64,000 nt of DNA from Octopus vulgaris (lineage: Eukaryota): positions 180,048,001 to 180,112,000 of the forward strand of contig OX597815.1 in the NCBI GenBank assembly GCA_951406725.2, read 5' to 3'. The notes beneath the pieces are model-generated. The model was not told the DNA's origin, searched no databases, and saw only the letters and a program-made list of their open reading frames with translations. Made by a program: the position numbers and the translations under genes. Below, piece after piece: positions 38,764-51,570 of the stretch (position 1 is its first letter; the number at the start of each line of letters is the position of its first letter).

Positions 38764-39239
38764 TTTGTAGTAAAGATTGTTGGCCAACATAACATGGCAG
38801 TCCTGGTTTAGGACGAATGTTGCTGTAATTTAGCCCCAGGAGACATCGTCTCCAGCTGGCTATATGACATGATCTGTGTCCTTATATTTTCGAACAAGGG
38901 AATCTAGCACCCCCACTCAGCTCAAAACAATATCTGTGTATCATGATTTCTGGGTTATATATAGTTTTCAACTATATATTTCGAATGGGAATTTGGCATC
39001 GCCACCTCTAGCTGAGCAATTATTGTGCTGATGAAGGGAAATAATCCAGAAATTGTGATACACAGATATTGTTTTGAGCTGAGTGGGGGAGGGTGCTAGA
39101 TTCCCTTGTTTCGAAAATATAAGGACACAGATCATGTTGTAAAGCCAGCTAGAGACAATGTCTCTGGGGCTAAATTACAGCAACATTAGTCCTAAACCAG
39201 GACTGCCATGTTATTTTGGTAAACAATCTTTACTGCAAA
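38764..39239. mobile_element. fold-back element (~190-bp arms) containing a hammerhead motif
   Basis: 38764-38958 is the reverse complement of 39041-39239; HHR at 39024-39064. Confidence 0.85.
39024..39064 (+). ncRNA. minimal type-I hammerhead ribozyme motif
   Basis: UGUG-CUGAUGA-A-GGG(AAAUAA)UCC-A-GAAA-UUGUGA-UA-CACA; the other arm has palindromic AUCAUGAU after GAA. Confidence 0.65.
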
Positions 39240-40662
39240 GTACTGTTGCTGAATATCTCATGCTGCTGTGAGTTTTAAAAATAGTAATTTTCTCCTTTTT
39301 GTTGTTCTTTTTTTTTTTTGTATATCAACATAACCTCCATCCTTTTTTCAGAGAACAAAATAACTGCTGTATGCTTTACTTTGAAAGAAAGAACAGAGAG
39401 CTCTAAAAATAAAAGCAAAGTTTTATCTCTGTTCATACAATTTTATCAAATGTCCTTTCTTCAAAGCAGAACATTTGCTTCACCTAAACTCATATTACAT
39501 CCTGACTGCATAACCTCAAGTCAGCTCTGATATCTCTCTAATATGGAAGCTTTCAATCATTAATATTTTACAATCAGCACCACACCTCCACCCTAGCATT
39601 CATCGGTATCTTTAACTGCTACTTCAACAACTTGTGTCCTAACCCTAACCATTGCTATGTTTCTTCCTAAAGCTACGTAATGCCATCATCACTATGAGGT
39701 CACTCATTTTCTAAGAAACAGCAACTTATCTTCCTAAAATCATGCCAGGAAGGACATAGGTGTCTCCAGGATACTCCTGGGATGGTATCCCTTGAACAAA
39801 GACAAGAGGCTCACAGTCTATCTCCTATCAGAGATCTGATGACTCATCGTTGACCTGGGGTGATGCAAAAAGAACGACCATTCCCATGTGCCTCACAATT
39901 CAAATTTTGTTCTAAAGACCTTCGCTTTCAATCAAATATTGAATGATCATTGACTAAAGACGTATGCATAAAGAAATAGTATTTCAACTAATGACAGGTT
40001 CAAGTAACGAGAGAGTTTATGAGAAGAGAAAAATGTGGGTGGAAGAAACACTTCAAGGCAAAATTGCAATTAAAATGTTTATTTGTCATATTATTGTCAG
40101 ATGGTCTGATAGAAACGATTCTTGCTAATAAAGCACTTCCTGTGAATACAGAACTATAAATGACATACTGGAACAGCCTAAATATTATTATTGGCTCAAT
40201 GTAAATATACATGTGTGTGTGTGTGTAAGAGAAACTCAAGAGAGCCACTAAACGAAAAACAGAAACAAGGAAATTGAAATTGAAATGATGATTGCAATCA
40301 ATAAGAGTCTCAATAACATAAGTAATATGGAAGGAAAAATACAAGAAGAAACAATTGATGTTGCATTTAATGTTCATTCCTGCCTTGTTCTGTAAACATA
40401 ATTGGAAGAAATATTTGGTTAAAATATTGATGAAAATAGGTTAAACGAAAATAGTTTGTTTTTTTTTTATGTTACGTGTTGGCTGGTGTAAACCAGTGTT
40501 ACAAAAGTAGTTCCATATATGTGTTGGCTTGTGTAAACATCGTCATCGTCATCATTTAACATCCGTTTTTCCATGCTGGCATGGGTTGGACGGTTTGACA
40601 GGGGCTGGTTGAGGCCAAAAGCAGCACACAGGTTCCATTGTCTGTTTTGGCATGGTTTCTAT

Positions 40663-41127
40663 CAGTTGAAACAAAAAACTTTGCTTCCGACTCTGACTCC
40701 GATTCCTGTACTATTGGCACCGACTCCGACTCCTCTTTATGTAATTAAGTAATTGCGGTCTACACATCTCATAAAGCATATGCATACGCTTATACTTTGA
40801 GTAGGCCTATATGTTATAATTGGTTTCTATTAAAGAATAGAGATATTATGAGTCGGAATCAGAGTCAGTTTAGTTTTACTGACTCTAGCTACCCCTTCAT
40901 TGTTTCCGACTGACTCTGACTCTTCTTAATGTAATCAAGTGATTGTGGTCTACATATCTCATAAAGCATATGCATACGCTTATACTTTGAGTCGGCCTAT
41001 ATCTTATAACTGGTTTCTATTAAAGAATAAAGACACTGTGAGTCGGGAATCAGAGTCAGTATAGTTTTACTGACTCTGACTCCAGCTACTCCTTAATTGT
41101 TTCTGACTCTCCGACTCCACAGCCCTG
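40663..41127. mobile_element. hAT-like MITE with (GACTCC/GACTCT) subterminal repeats and ~190-bp internal duplication, inserted in an RTE-UTR copy
   Basis: right end CCGACTCCACAGCCCTG; 8-bp TSD GTTTCTAT/GTTTCTAC; left TIR mostly lost. Confidence 0.7.
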
Positions 41128-42054
41128 GTTTCTACAGCTGGATGCCCTTCCTAACGTCAACCACTTTACCGAATGTACTAAGTGCTTTTTATGTAGCACC
41201 AGGATCAGTGGTTTTTACATGACACCATCACCAGAGTTTTTAATGTGGTACCAGCACCAACAGGATCACTAGTAGATTGCAAGACAAAGACCCAACTGGG
41301 AGGTTGGGGGGGTAACATTTGATGGGGGTGTGGCTTGGTGCCAGTTGAAAGATTTAAGGTATAAAGGGGATACTCTATAGGTGTTTTGCTATAGAGTGGA
41401 AACATAGATACCCCAGCTGGAAAACAAACCAATGTGATAAAGTGTAACTTGGCTGTTCAAAAAATAGAGATTGATAAAATAAGCAGCAGATTGAAATAAA
41501 TGTTGGAATCAATATGATCAAAATAAAACCTTGAAGAAGATGTCCCAGCTGGAGTTCAATGATTTAAAAAATACAATTTTACCTTACATAAGTAATCAAT
41601 ATTGATTTTAAATTTTGGCACAAGGCCAGCAATTTCTGGGGAGGGCATAAATCAATTCCATGAACGCCAGTGTTCAACTGGTACCTATTTTATTGACCCA
41701 GAAAAGAGGAAAGATTAAGTTGGCCTCAGTAACATTTGAACTCACAATGTAGAGTTGGAAGAAATGCCGCAAAGGATTTTTCCCAGTGCTGTAACGATTC
41801 TGCCAGCATGTGCTGCCTTTATAAGTGATTGATATTGATATTATATTTTGCAACACAAACTATTTAAACTTCCAAAATCTGAAGGGAATTGTGTAATTTT
41901 CTTTGTAATTGAGTACGCAAATGTATTTCTGCTGTACTTCCTTTTTTGGCATAACTGATCTTTAATTTCATATTAAATTCATATTTAACGTTAAGAAGAG
42001 AGATGTTTCTTTAACACAACAGAGAATAAAACCTCTCAAATGTTTGGTTTCAGG

Positions 42055-42120
42055 AAAAACATAAAAGTCAAACAAAACATAAAAGTCAAACAAAACATAA
42101 AAGTCAAACAAAACATAAAT
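42055..42120 (+). repeat. 18-bp minisatellite (AAAACATAAAAGTCAAAC) x3+
   Basis: direct inspection. Confidence 0.9.
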
Positions 42121-42128
42121 AAAAAATA

Positions 42129-42537
42129 GGCGCAAGATTGGCCGTGTGGTAAGTAGCTGGCTTACCAACCACATGATTCCGGGATCATTCCCACGGCATT
42201 GCACTTTGGGCAAGTGTCTTCTACTATAGCCTCGGGCCGACCAAAGCCTTGTGAGTGGATTTGGTAGATGGAAACTGAAAGAATCCTGTCATATACATAT
42301 ATGTGTGTGTGTGTGTATGTGTGTGTGTGTGTGTGTGTGTGTTTGTTTCCCCAACATCGCTTGACAACTGATGGTGGTGTGGTGTGTTTATGTCCCCGTA
42401 ACTTAGAAGTTTGGCAAAAGAGACTGATAGAATAAGTACTAGGCTTACAAACAATAAGTCCTGGGGTTGATTTGCTCGACTAAAAGGCAGTGCTCCAGCA
42501 TGGCCACAGTCAAATGACTGAAACAAGTAAAAGAGTA
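42129..42537 (+). mobile_element. SINE family B
   Basis: matches family pattern. Confidence 0.82.
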
Positions 42538-43232
42538 AGTGGTTCGATGTAGTGTTGAAATATTCAAATGTGTGTGCACGTGCATGTGCGTGAGTGTGTC
42601 TGTGTGCGTTTGTATGTGGTGTGTATGCATGTATGCGTGAAAGCGAGTTGAGAGGTTAGGATCTTTTATGCCCCAACGATGCCCACCTGAGCAGTGTGGC
42701 AGGGGAAAAAAAATCTGATGTATTTGACCTGATCAAAAGGCATCAAAGAGACTCAAACAGATTGTATTCAATTAATAAGCTGTTATCAAATATATGACTT
42801 TTATAGATTCACCTAATTCACCGTTATTCAGCAATAAAATAATTACTACTATTGTGGTTTATTATAGTGATGATGATGGTGGTGGTGGTAGTGGTGGTGG
42901 TTGTGGTGGTGGGGGTTGGTGTTCGTGGTGGTGGAGATAATGGTAAGGGTGGTGTCGGTGATGACAACAAATTACACACAGAGAAACACACCATCTGTGC
43001 CACATCAAATACAGATTAAAATATAATGACACTTTGCATTTGACCGTCAGTTTCGGATAATGCAGCCACACAGGATTGAATATTTTGGCTGCTTATTTAC
43101 TCACGAGAATTCTATCAATTTCAACGATATAAAAGAGCTAAGTCATCTACACAAGAAAATATGTAAATGCTATTAATTTCAGTGCCATTAATTACTACAA
43201 ATATTTGTGCAACAAATGTGACGTTCTTATAA

Positions 43233-43637
43233 TGCAGGAGTGGCTGTGTGGTAAGTAGCTTGCTAACCAATCACATGGTTCCGGGTTCAGTCCCACTGCG
43301 TGGCATCTTGGGCAAGTGTCTTCTGCTATAGCCCCGGGCCGACCAATGCCTTGTGAGTGGATTTGGTAGACGGAAACTGAAAGAAGCCTGTCGTATATAT
43401 ATATATATGTGTGCGTGTATGTTTGTGCGTGTGTGTGTGTGTTTGTCCCCCTAGCATTGCTTGACAACCGATGCTGGTGTGTTTACGTCCCTGTCACTTA
43501 GCGGTTCAGCAAAAGACATCGATAGAATAAGTACTGGGCTTACAAAGAATAATTCCCGGGGTCGATTTGCTCGACTAAAGGCAGTGCTCCAGCATGGCCG
43601 CAGTCAAATGACTGAAACAAGTAAAAGAGTAAAAGAG
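43233..43637 (+). mobile_element. SINE family B, full length
   Basis: very similar to 53017-53441. Confidence 0.87.
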
Positions 43638-44026
43638 AGAGAGAAAGTGATGAAGACTAGGCCAGGTTCTTTCTATTATTTTTCTTTTTTTTTTTTGCAT
43701 TTTTTTTTCTCAGAAATACATTTACAATTTCTGAACGGATTTTGCTAGCTATCAATTAAAAGATGGAAATATAATTAAATAATTACATTTGAATAACATT
43801 AGATTCAATTGGAGGGTCATTATTCCAAAATCAAAAGGAAAGGGTCAAATGATGATGAAATGAAAAAAATGAAAATGGAAGATTAATTAACAAATTAAAA
43901 GCAACCTATAATAACGCAATTTCCTAAAGAAAAGGAGAGACATTGAAAGCAAGGGGATAGAGATACAGAAGAAAGGAAATGAGGAGGTAAATTTCTTTTT
44001 CGGGGAATGTTTCAGGAAAAATACAT

Positions 44027-44974
44027 TTAACCCTTTCGTTACTGTATTTATTTTGAAATGCTCTGTGTTTCTTTCAATTACTTGAAATATTACAAACAAT
44101 TTAGTAAAGTAACTTAGTTATCATTAAGCTAGTGTTAGGAACATAAATTGCAACTAAGGTTTGGTGGAAGATTTTAATTCAAAACTTATGGAAACAAGAC
44201 ATTAGTACTTCAGAGCCAGAGCCAGTTTCAGCTGGATTGGTATCAAAAGGGTTAAGAATTGTTTCTCTATTATATATTTTAACCCTTTCATTACCACATT
44301 TCTGTTGAGATATTCTGTGTTTCTTTAAAATAACTTAGTTATCAATCATTAAGCTAGTGTTAGGAACATAAATTGTGACTAAGGTTTGGTGGAAGATTTT
44401 AATTCAGAACTTATGAAAACAAGACATTTGTACACAGAGCCAGAGCCAGTTTCAGCCGAGTTGGTATCAAAAGGGTTAAGAATTGTTTCTCTATTAGACC
44501 CTTTCATTACTGTATTTATTTTGAGATGCTCAGTGTTTCTTTCAATTACTTTAAATATAACAATGAATTTAGTAAAATAACTTAGTTATCATTCAGCTAG
44601 TGTTAGGAACATAAATTATGACTAAGGTTTGGTGGAAGATTTTAATTCAGAACTTATGAAAACAAGACATTTGTACTTCAGAGCCAGAGCCGGTTTCAGC
44701 TGGGTTGGTATCAAAAGGGTTAAGAATTGTTTCTCTATTATATTTTAACCCTTTCGTTACCACATTTCTGTTGAGATACTCTGTGTTTCTTTCAATTACT
44801 TTAAACATAACAAAGAATTTAGTAAAATAACTTGGTTATCATTAAGCTAGTTTTAGGAACATAAATTGTGACTAAGGTTTGGTGAAAGATTTTAATTGAA
44901 AACTTATGGAAACAAGACATTTGTACTCAGAGCCAGAACCGGTTTCAGCCAGGTTGGTAAAAAAAAAGGGTTAA
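44027..44974. repeat. tandem array of four family F MITE units
   Basis: four CCCTTTC.TTAC...AAAGGGTTAA units separated by GAATTGTTTCTCTATTA spacers. Confidence 0.88.
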
Positions 44975-45426
44975 AAAAATGCAGGAAAAAAATTCAGATA
45001 ATTCTATACTTGTGTCAACTTATTAAGCAGCCTAGATAACAGATTAATCAAAATAACAGCTGCAGGCGAGCAAAGAAACACAAGAGTACACGACGGAGAA
45101 CCTATGTAAATGTGCAGAAATATGCAATAAACACGACAGATATACTTTCCTTGCAAGATGAACGAAAAGATTATCTCTAATAACATTGCCAGTAACAACT
45201 GCTATTAACGGCACTGCCAAACATCATGGAGCAATCTCATTACACCCTCGTGTTATAACGATAATAATACCATTAGCAAAAAAGCAACTAAGTAGACAGA
45301 GATATTGTTATTCTTTCTCCACCAGCAGCAGCAGCAAGCTCCCTCAAAACAATGTATTTTGTCGAAGGAATATTTGCCAGCAATATAAAAGAAAATAATA
45401 AAATATACACCCCATTTCCATCTTTG

Positions 45427-45523
45427 TATATATATTATATATATATATATATACACAAATATATATATATGTACACACACACATATATACACACACATAT
45501 ATATACACACACACACACATATA

Positions 45524-45577
<54 letters not shown>

Positions 45578-45636
45578 CACACACACATATACACACACAC
45601 ACACATATATATATATATATTTATATATATATACAT
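45427..45636. repeat. (TA)n/(CA)n microsatellite
   Basis: direct inspection. Confidence 0.95.
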
Positions 45637-45639
45637 GTA

Positions 45640-45945
45640 ATCAATTTTTATGAGGAATTCTGTGGAATATTGTCGTGTAATTCACTAATGTTTTCCCATC
45701 CAGTTTAGAGTTGTGTAGTGATGTGCATTGCAATTGCCCCTTGTTCTAAGTGTATGGTGAACTGGCAGGAAAGCATGATACATGTATGGCTAATATAAGG
45801 GTCGGATTCATAAGATTTACAATCTTCCTGTTTGCCATATAATTTGCAAACCACATTGTCATTAAAAGCTTCATCATGGGTTTATCTACTTGTGCTTTGT
45901 AACTGATAAAGAAGTCCTTAATTTTAGTGTTTTCTTAGTATCTTA
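45640..45945 (-). pseudogene. decayed Penelope-like GIY-YIG endonuclease fragment
   Basis: hand translation NVVCKLYGKQEDCKSYESDPYISHTCIMLSCQFTIHLEQGAIAMH resembles the PLE pattern NVVY.F.C...C...YIG.T...LS.RL..H...GAI..H; then KLDGKTLVNYTTI. Confidence 0.55.
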
Positions 45946-46009
45946 TTAGACTACATTAATGGTTTGGAGCAATGTATTGCATGTTGAAAGCTCCAAATCC
46001 CAAATAGGA

Positions 46010-46480
46010 TCCATAAACTGTGATTGCAAATATAAAAGTTGTAAATTCCACTCGTTATATTGGCCAAAAAAACGTATGACACTTTCTCATTGGTTCCCTA
46101 TACACTCACAACAAACAGTCTTCGCACTACACCACACACAGCATAAAAGCATAACTAGATAAGAAAACATTGGTGGGACAATACATCAATGCCCTACAGG
46201 ATTTCCCATAAAAACAGACAACTAATGATGGAAGCAATACTCATAACAATGCCAGAACAAACACATAGAAAACACATATATACACTTGTCAAAAACAGAA
46301 ATAAACATTTGCCAGTTTACATAGGAATCTAAAAATCAAAATTCAAATTTCAGCAGGAATCTACACCAGTCTCAATGAAACTTGTTTTATAAAGAGATAG
46401 CAACATGTGCCAACATCACTCAATCCTGAAGATGAGATTGCAAAGGTCTAAAATATCAATGAGGAATTTATAAACTTTAC
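46010..46480 (+). pseudogene. second decayed Penelope-like GIY-YIG fragment with downstream HHR-like relic
   Basis: frameshifted C..C...YIGQ/RMTLS..F.IH.QQ..F..H and RQLMMEAILI; nucleotide similarity to the minus-strand copy; CTGAAGA core at ~46426. Confidence 0.45.
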
Positions 46481-46534
46481 TGTTCTAAACCAACGGCACA
46501 AAACTCATGAAAAATCCTTCATAAAAAGCTATTC

Positions 46535-46580
<46 letters not shown>

Positions 46581-46717
46581 TCATCATCATCACTAACATG
46601 GAATGAAAACTTATGATAGCATGAGATTAAAACAATTTCACTATTTAGCCAGGATTATTATAAGTTTAACTATGTAAATATTTCATAAACATCTTTTATT
46701 TTTCCAATATAATATAG

Positions 46718-46748
<31 letters not shown>

Positions 46749-46749
46749 T

Positions 46750-47382
46750 GTTTTATTCTTTTATTTGTTTCAGTCATTTGACTGCGGCCATGTTGGAGCA
46801 CTGCCTTTTAGTCGAAGAAATCAACCCCAGGATTTATTCTTTGTAACCCTAGTACTTATTCGATCAGTCAGTTTTGTCGAACTGCTGAGTTACAGGTACG
46901 TAAACACACCAACATCAGTTGTCAAGCGAGTGGGGTAGGGGGCAAATACAGACACACGCACACACACACACACACATATACGACGAGTTTCTTTCAGTTC
47001 CCGACTATCAGATCCACTCACAAGACCCGAGACTATAATAGAAGACAATTACCCAAGGTGCCATGCAGTTGGACTGAACCCAGAACCATGTGGTTGGGAA
47101 GCAAGCTTCTTATCACACAGCCATTCTTGTACCTATATATACATATATATAGGTATTTCTCCCCCTATGTGTGTGTTTGTGTGTGTGTGTGTGTTTGCAT
47201 GTGTGTATATATATATATATGATGGGATTCTGTCAGTTTCCGTCTACCAAATCCACTCACAAGGTTTTGGTCAGCCCGAGGCTATAGTAGCAGACACTTG
47301 CACAAGGTGCCACGCAGTGGGATTGAACCTGGAGCCATGTGGTTGGGAAGCTGGCTTCTTACCACGCAGCCATGCCTCCACC
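46750..47382 (-). mobile_element. two SINE family B copies (one full, one 5' half)
   Basis: matches family pattern. Confidence 0.78.
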
Positions 47383-47896
47383 TATGAGTAAAGCATAAGA
47401 GTAAAGTGAAAAGAAGGTCAAAAACTAAGATTAGTTAAGTATGTCTTGAAATTAAGATATGTTTCTACAAAGAATCTTTATAGTAAAAGACTCTTCCTTG
47501 CAAACCAGTCAACCTTAAGATGGCATGATACCTATTCTCTTTGTTAGCAGACTGAGAACAACAAATGGTCTACTGTGCTTTCATATTAACAATTTGCAAT
47601 TTATGTAGTACAATTTTATTATTAGTATTTGTTGGTAATGTGAACTGGCAGACTCATTAATATTTCTGGGCAAAATGCTTAGTGGCATTTCGTCTGTCTT
47701 TACATTCTGTGTTCAAATTCCATCAAGATTGATTTTGCCTCTCATCCTTTCGGGGTCAATGAAAGAAGCACCAGTTATGCATTGGTGGGGGTGGGGCTTG
47801 ATGCCATTGATTTACTCCCTCTCCCCAAATTGCAGGTCTGATGCCAAAATTTGAAACTAATATTAATTGGTATTTATTCTACACATACTTAAAAAA

Positions 47897-48680
47897 ATAT
47901 TCTTTTCTACTTTAAACACAAGGCTCGAAATTCTGGGGGAGTGGGGTCCAATCGATTAGGTCAAACCCAGTGCACAACTGGTACTTAATTTACCGACCCC
48001 GAAAGGATGAAAGGCAAAGTCGACCTCAGCAGAATCTGAACTCAGAATGTAAAGACAGACGAAATACCGCTAAGCATTTTGCTTGGATTGCTAACGATTC
48101 TGCCAGCTCACCGCCTTCTAAGAAACAAATATTAAAAGGTTTAATAGAAATATCCTAGCACCGACATATCTATGCAAGCATAAAATTATACTCATAAACC
48201 TTAAGATAAAATTCAAGATGAAACTCAGAACGTAAAGTCAGATGAAATACTGCTGAGCCTTTCGCCCGGATTGCTAACGTTTCTTATTTCTTTATTGCCC
48301 ACAAGGGGCTAAACATAGAGGGGACAAACAAGGACAGACAAAGGTATTGAATTGATTACATCGACCGCAGTGTGTAACTGGTACTTATTTAATCGACCCT
48401 GAAAGGATGAAACGCAAAGTCGACCTCGGCGGAATTTGAACTCAGAATGCAGCGGTAGACAAAATACCTATTTCTTTACTACCCACAAGGGGTTAAACAC
48501 AGAGAGGACAAACAAGGACAGACAAACAGATTAAGTCGATTATATAGACCCCAGTGCATAACTGGTACTTATTTAATCGATCCTGAAAGGATGAGAGGCA
48601 AAGTCGACCTCGGTGGAATTTGAACTCAGAACATAGTGGCAGACGAAATACCGCTAAGCCTTTCTGCCAGCTCACTGCCT
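47897..48680 (-). mobile_element. cluster of SINE family C copies
   Basis: repeated reverse-complement cores. Confidence 0.8.
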
Positions 48681-49884
48681 TCTGCCACTAAAATATTTAG
48701 TCAAAATTATCAAAATAGTAACTCCTTGCTTGTAAAGCCTCCAAGAGAGTGCAAGTACACAATTATACACGTGTAGCATTCCTAAACGTTATTCACAGAA
48801 ATTATTCACTTGAAATACTAAAGCTGATGAGATTTTGGATAACGTAATTCTCTATAAGGCAATCTAATTTGAAATTTTCGTCACAGTAAAATGACACATT
48901 TATTAAGAGCCAACTTCCCAAGACACTTAAATAAGAATAGATTTGCATCAAGGGTTTGAAATGAAATAAAATTTAGGTCAAACACGTAATGAAATATTGC
49001 AGTTTTTTTTTCTTGTTTTCTTTTCAGATATACCCAGCAGAATATTAACTTCATTTCAATCATTAAAAAGCTTTTAGTTCACTTAAAACATAATTTTAAA
49101 AATTTCTTTAATTTTAATGAAATTGTTCATAATTGCTGAGGCAATACATCAGAGTAATTATTCGAATGCTGCTTTCCTTGCTGAGAAGGTCCACTTCATA
49201 CAAATATCAACTGGTTATAGAAATGTTATTTCTCTTATGAAAACATAATTCATGAATCAAGTTTTAAGAGCAAATTAATATTTTGATCTTTTTGTTTTTT
49301 TCTTTATTACTAAATTATTACATTTCATAATAAAATGATAGACTTAATGCACATAAGTCTTTTCCCATCTGAATTGCATTGACTCCAGTCTTTGTACGAT
49401 TGTTAAGTCTTCCTGCCATTTCAAGCATAAAAAAAGTTGATTTTGGTAAAAAGTAGTTCATTACAAAGAACTGAAGTTAAATGTCTGATAATTTCATAAA
49501 ATAATTTCAACCAGAAAGCACTTACCAAAGCTAAAATACCACCTTGGTTCCTTTGATGTTTAAAGAGGTTGCCAGTTAAAAAATACGATGCTGATTTGCT
49601 TTGCAGCTGTAGGTGAATAAAGTTTTGTAGCAATAGCCAAAAGTACAGCGCTTTTAGGTGCTTCCAGGATCGTCCAAAGAAATTATACATAAACAACAAT
49701 ACGAAAGATCTACGTACCAATTTTGAATTAGCACAAAGCCAAGAAGACTGGAGAAAGCAGGTAAGATGCAGGCATAGTGAAAATCTGCTGTAAAACTGCA
49801 ATGATGTCAGAATACTAATTTCCAACTGGGGTACCCATATATCTACTCTACAGCAAGACACCTGTGTCCGTGCCCTCTATACCG

Positions 49885-50111
49885 TAACCCTTTAGTATTT
49901 AAACCGGCCATATCCGGCCAAAATAGTTAATCTGTTTTATGTTCAAACTGACCAGATCCAGGCTCTCATACCTACCCTACAATGTTATTCTACATTAAGT
50001 AATTACATCATCAAGATCTTTGAAGATATGAGATAATTCATGATTAATTCAAATCAATGTGAATTAATAAGCATTATGTTTGATAGAATAATCTGAACAC
50101 TAAAGGGTTAA
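49885..50111. mobile_element. TTAA-type MITE (family G); partial copies near 11665-11785, 37455-37630, 62866-63080
   Basis: termini TAACCCTTTAG...CTAAAGGGTTAA; shared internal CCTACCCTACAATGT motif. Confidence 0.72.
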
Positions 50112-50185
50112 ACCTTTAAACTGGCACAAGCCACTAGTCCTCACCATCCCACTTAAGGAGTTCTTGTTTTGCAAGGTATTTGGTG

Positions 50186-50481
50186 TGTGGAGGCACATGG
50201 CCTAGTGGTTAGAGCAGCGGACTCGCGGTCGAGGGTTCGAATCTCAGACCGGGTGATGTGTGTGTTAATGAGCAAAACACCTAAGCTCCACACGGCTCCA
50301 GCAGAAGGTAATGGCAAACTTCTGCTGACTCTTTTGCCACAACTTTCTCTCACTCTTTCCTCCTGCATCTTGCAGCTCACCTGCGATGGACTGGCGTCCC
50401 ATCCAGGTGAGGAACCTATACGCCAAGGAAACCGAGAAACCGGCCCTTATGAGCCAGGTGTGGCTTGAGAAGGAACAAACA
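50186..50481 (+). mobile_element. tRNA-derived SINE family D (V-domain-like)
   Basis: A box TGGCCTAGTGG, B box GGTTCGAATC, GCGATGGACTGGCGTCCCATCCAGG motif; copy at 61255-61560 on minus. Confidence 0.82.
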
Positions 50482-51278
50482 AGGTACTTGGTGGTCCTGT
50501 CAATGCTTGTGCCACATAAAAAGCACTGGTGGTGGTGCCACATAAAATGCAGTGGTGTTGGTTCCACATAAAAAGGACCCGGTACATTCTGTAAAATGGC
50601 CGGCATTAGGAGGAGCATCCAGCTGTAGAGACCATACCAAAACAGACTTTGGAACCTGGTGCCCCTCCTGTCAAACCATCTAACCCATGCCAGCTCAGGA
50701 AACAGATGTTAAATGATGATAATGATGATATAACATCAGGTCTGAAAGAGTTTCTGTCGTAACCTCAGAAGCAAATCTATTTTAATTTACGCGTCTTAGT
50801 TTATGAAGTAAAATATTATCTGACACTAAATTACTGCTTTCCTGATGAGAGACAGACATCTTCAATTTGCTTAAGACCACGAAAAATGTACAACTGTCAG
50901 ACTTTTAAGTTATGTTGTTTTAGAAAAAGACTGAGAAACTGTAGAAAGGCTGATCAAATATCATGGCATTTAGTTTCGATTTTCTATATCCTAAGTTCAA
51001 AGTCTAATGAAGTCAGCTTCACATTCCATTTTTTATCAATTTGTTTTGTGTGTGTGTGTGTGTGGCAGGATTCATTAAAATATTAAATCTTTATTCTCTC
51101 CAGCATCATTGTAAGTGCTAAGAGCACCATCCGAGCCATAGGAAGGGCATCCAGCTGTAGAAACTCTGCCAGATCAAGATTGAAGCCTGGTGCATCATCT
51201 GGTTCGCCAGCCCTAAGTCAAAATCGTCCAACCCATGGTAGCATGGAAAGCGGACGTTAAACGATGATGATGATGATG

Positions 51279-51570
51279 GAGAAGCATTGCCCAAAAGACC
51301 TTAACATTAGATTCAGAAATCATCCATGGCTGGGGCCACTTAACAATTCAGGCTCACAATTTCTTTTCTTCAACAGGCCCTGCTCTATATAACATCATTC
51401 CAAAACAGCTCAAAGAATAAAAAGATCCCATCCTCTTCAAACGAAACCCGGACAGGTTTTTTTTTCAAGGGATACCAAGCAAGTCACCGATACCACAATA
51501 CATTTTGGTCAACAAAACTCCCTACTTCAATGGGCCGTGATACCACAAAAGTTGACTCACCAATGACTTA
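51279..51570 (+). mobile_element. degenerate CR1-type 3' fragment
   Basis: FFSSTGPALYNIIPKQLKE..DPILFKRN resembles the C-terminus of the 24945 ORF (GPKLFNILPKNLR..VFKMKLD). Confidence 0.55.

Noticed and set aside
49658-49760. Candidate exon (TTTTAG|...CAG|GTAAGA) encoding CFQDRPKKLYINNNTKDLRTNFELAQSQEDWRKQ
   Set aside because: Peptide resembles a decayed RTE-type C-terminus (RPKK..AQ...WR); no partner exons; not supportable as a host gene without RNA data
50186-50275. Possible tRNA genes (also 6176-6250, 57745-57821, 63145-63220)
   Set aside because: A/B boxes are present but acceptor stems do not close and they continue into repeat bodies, so they are SINE heads
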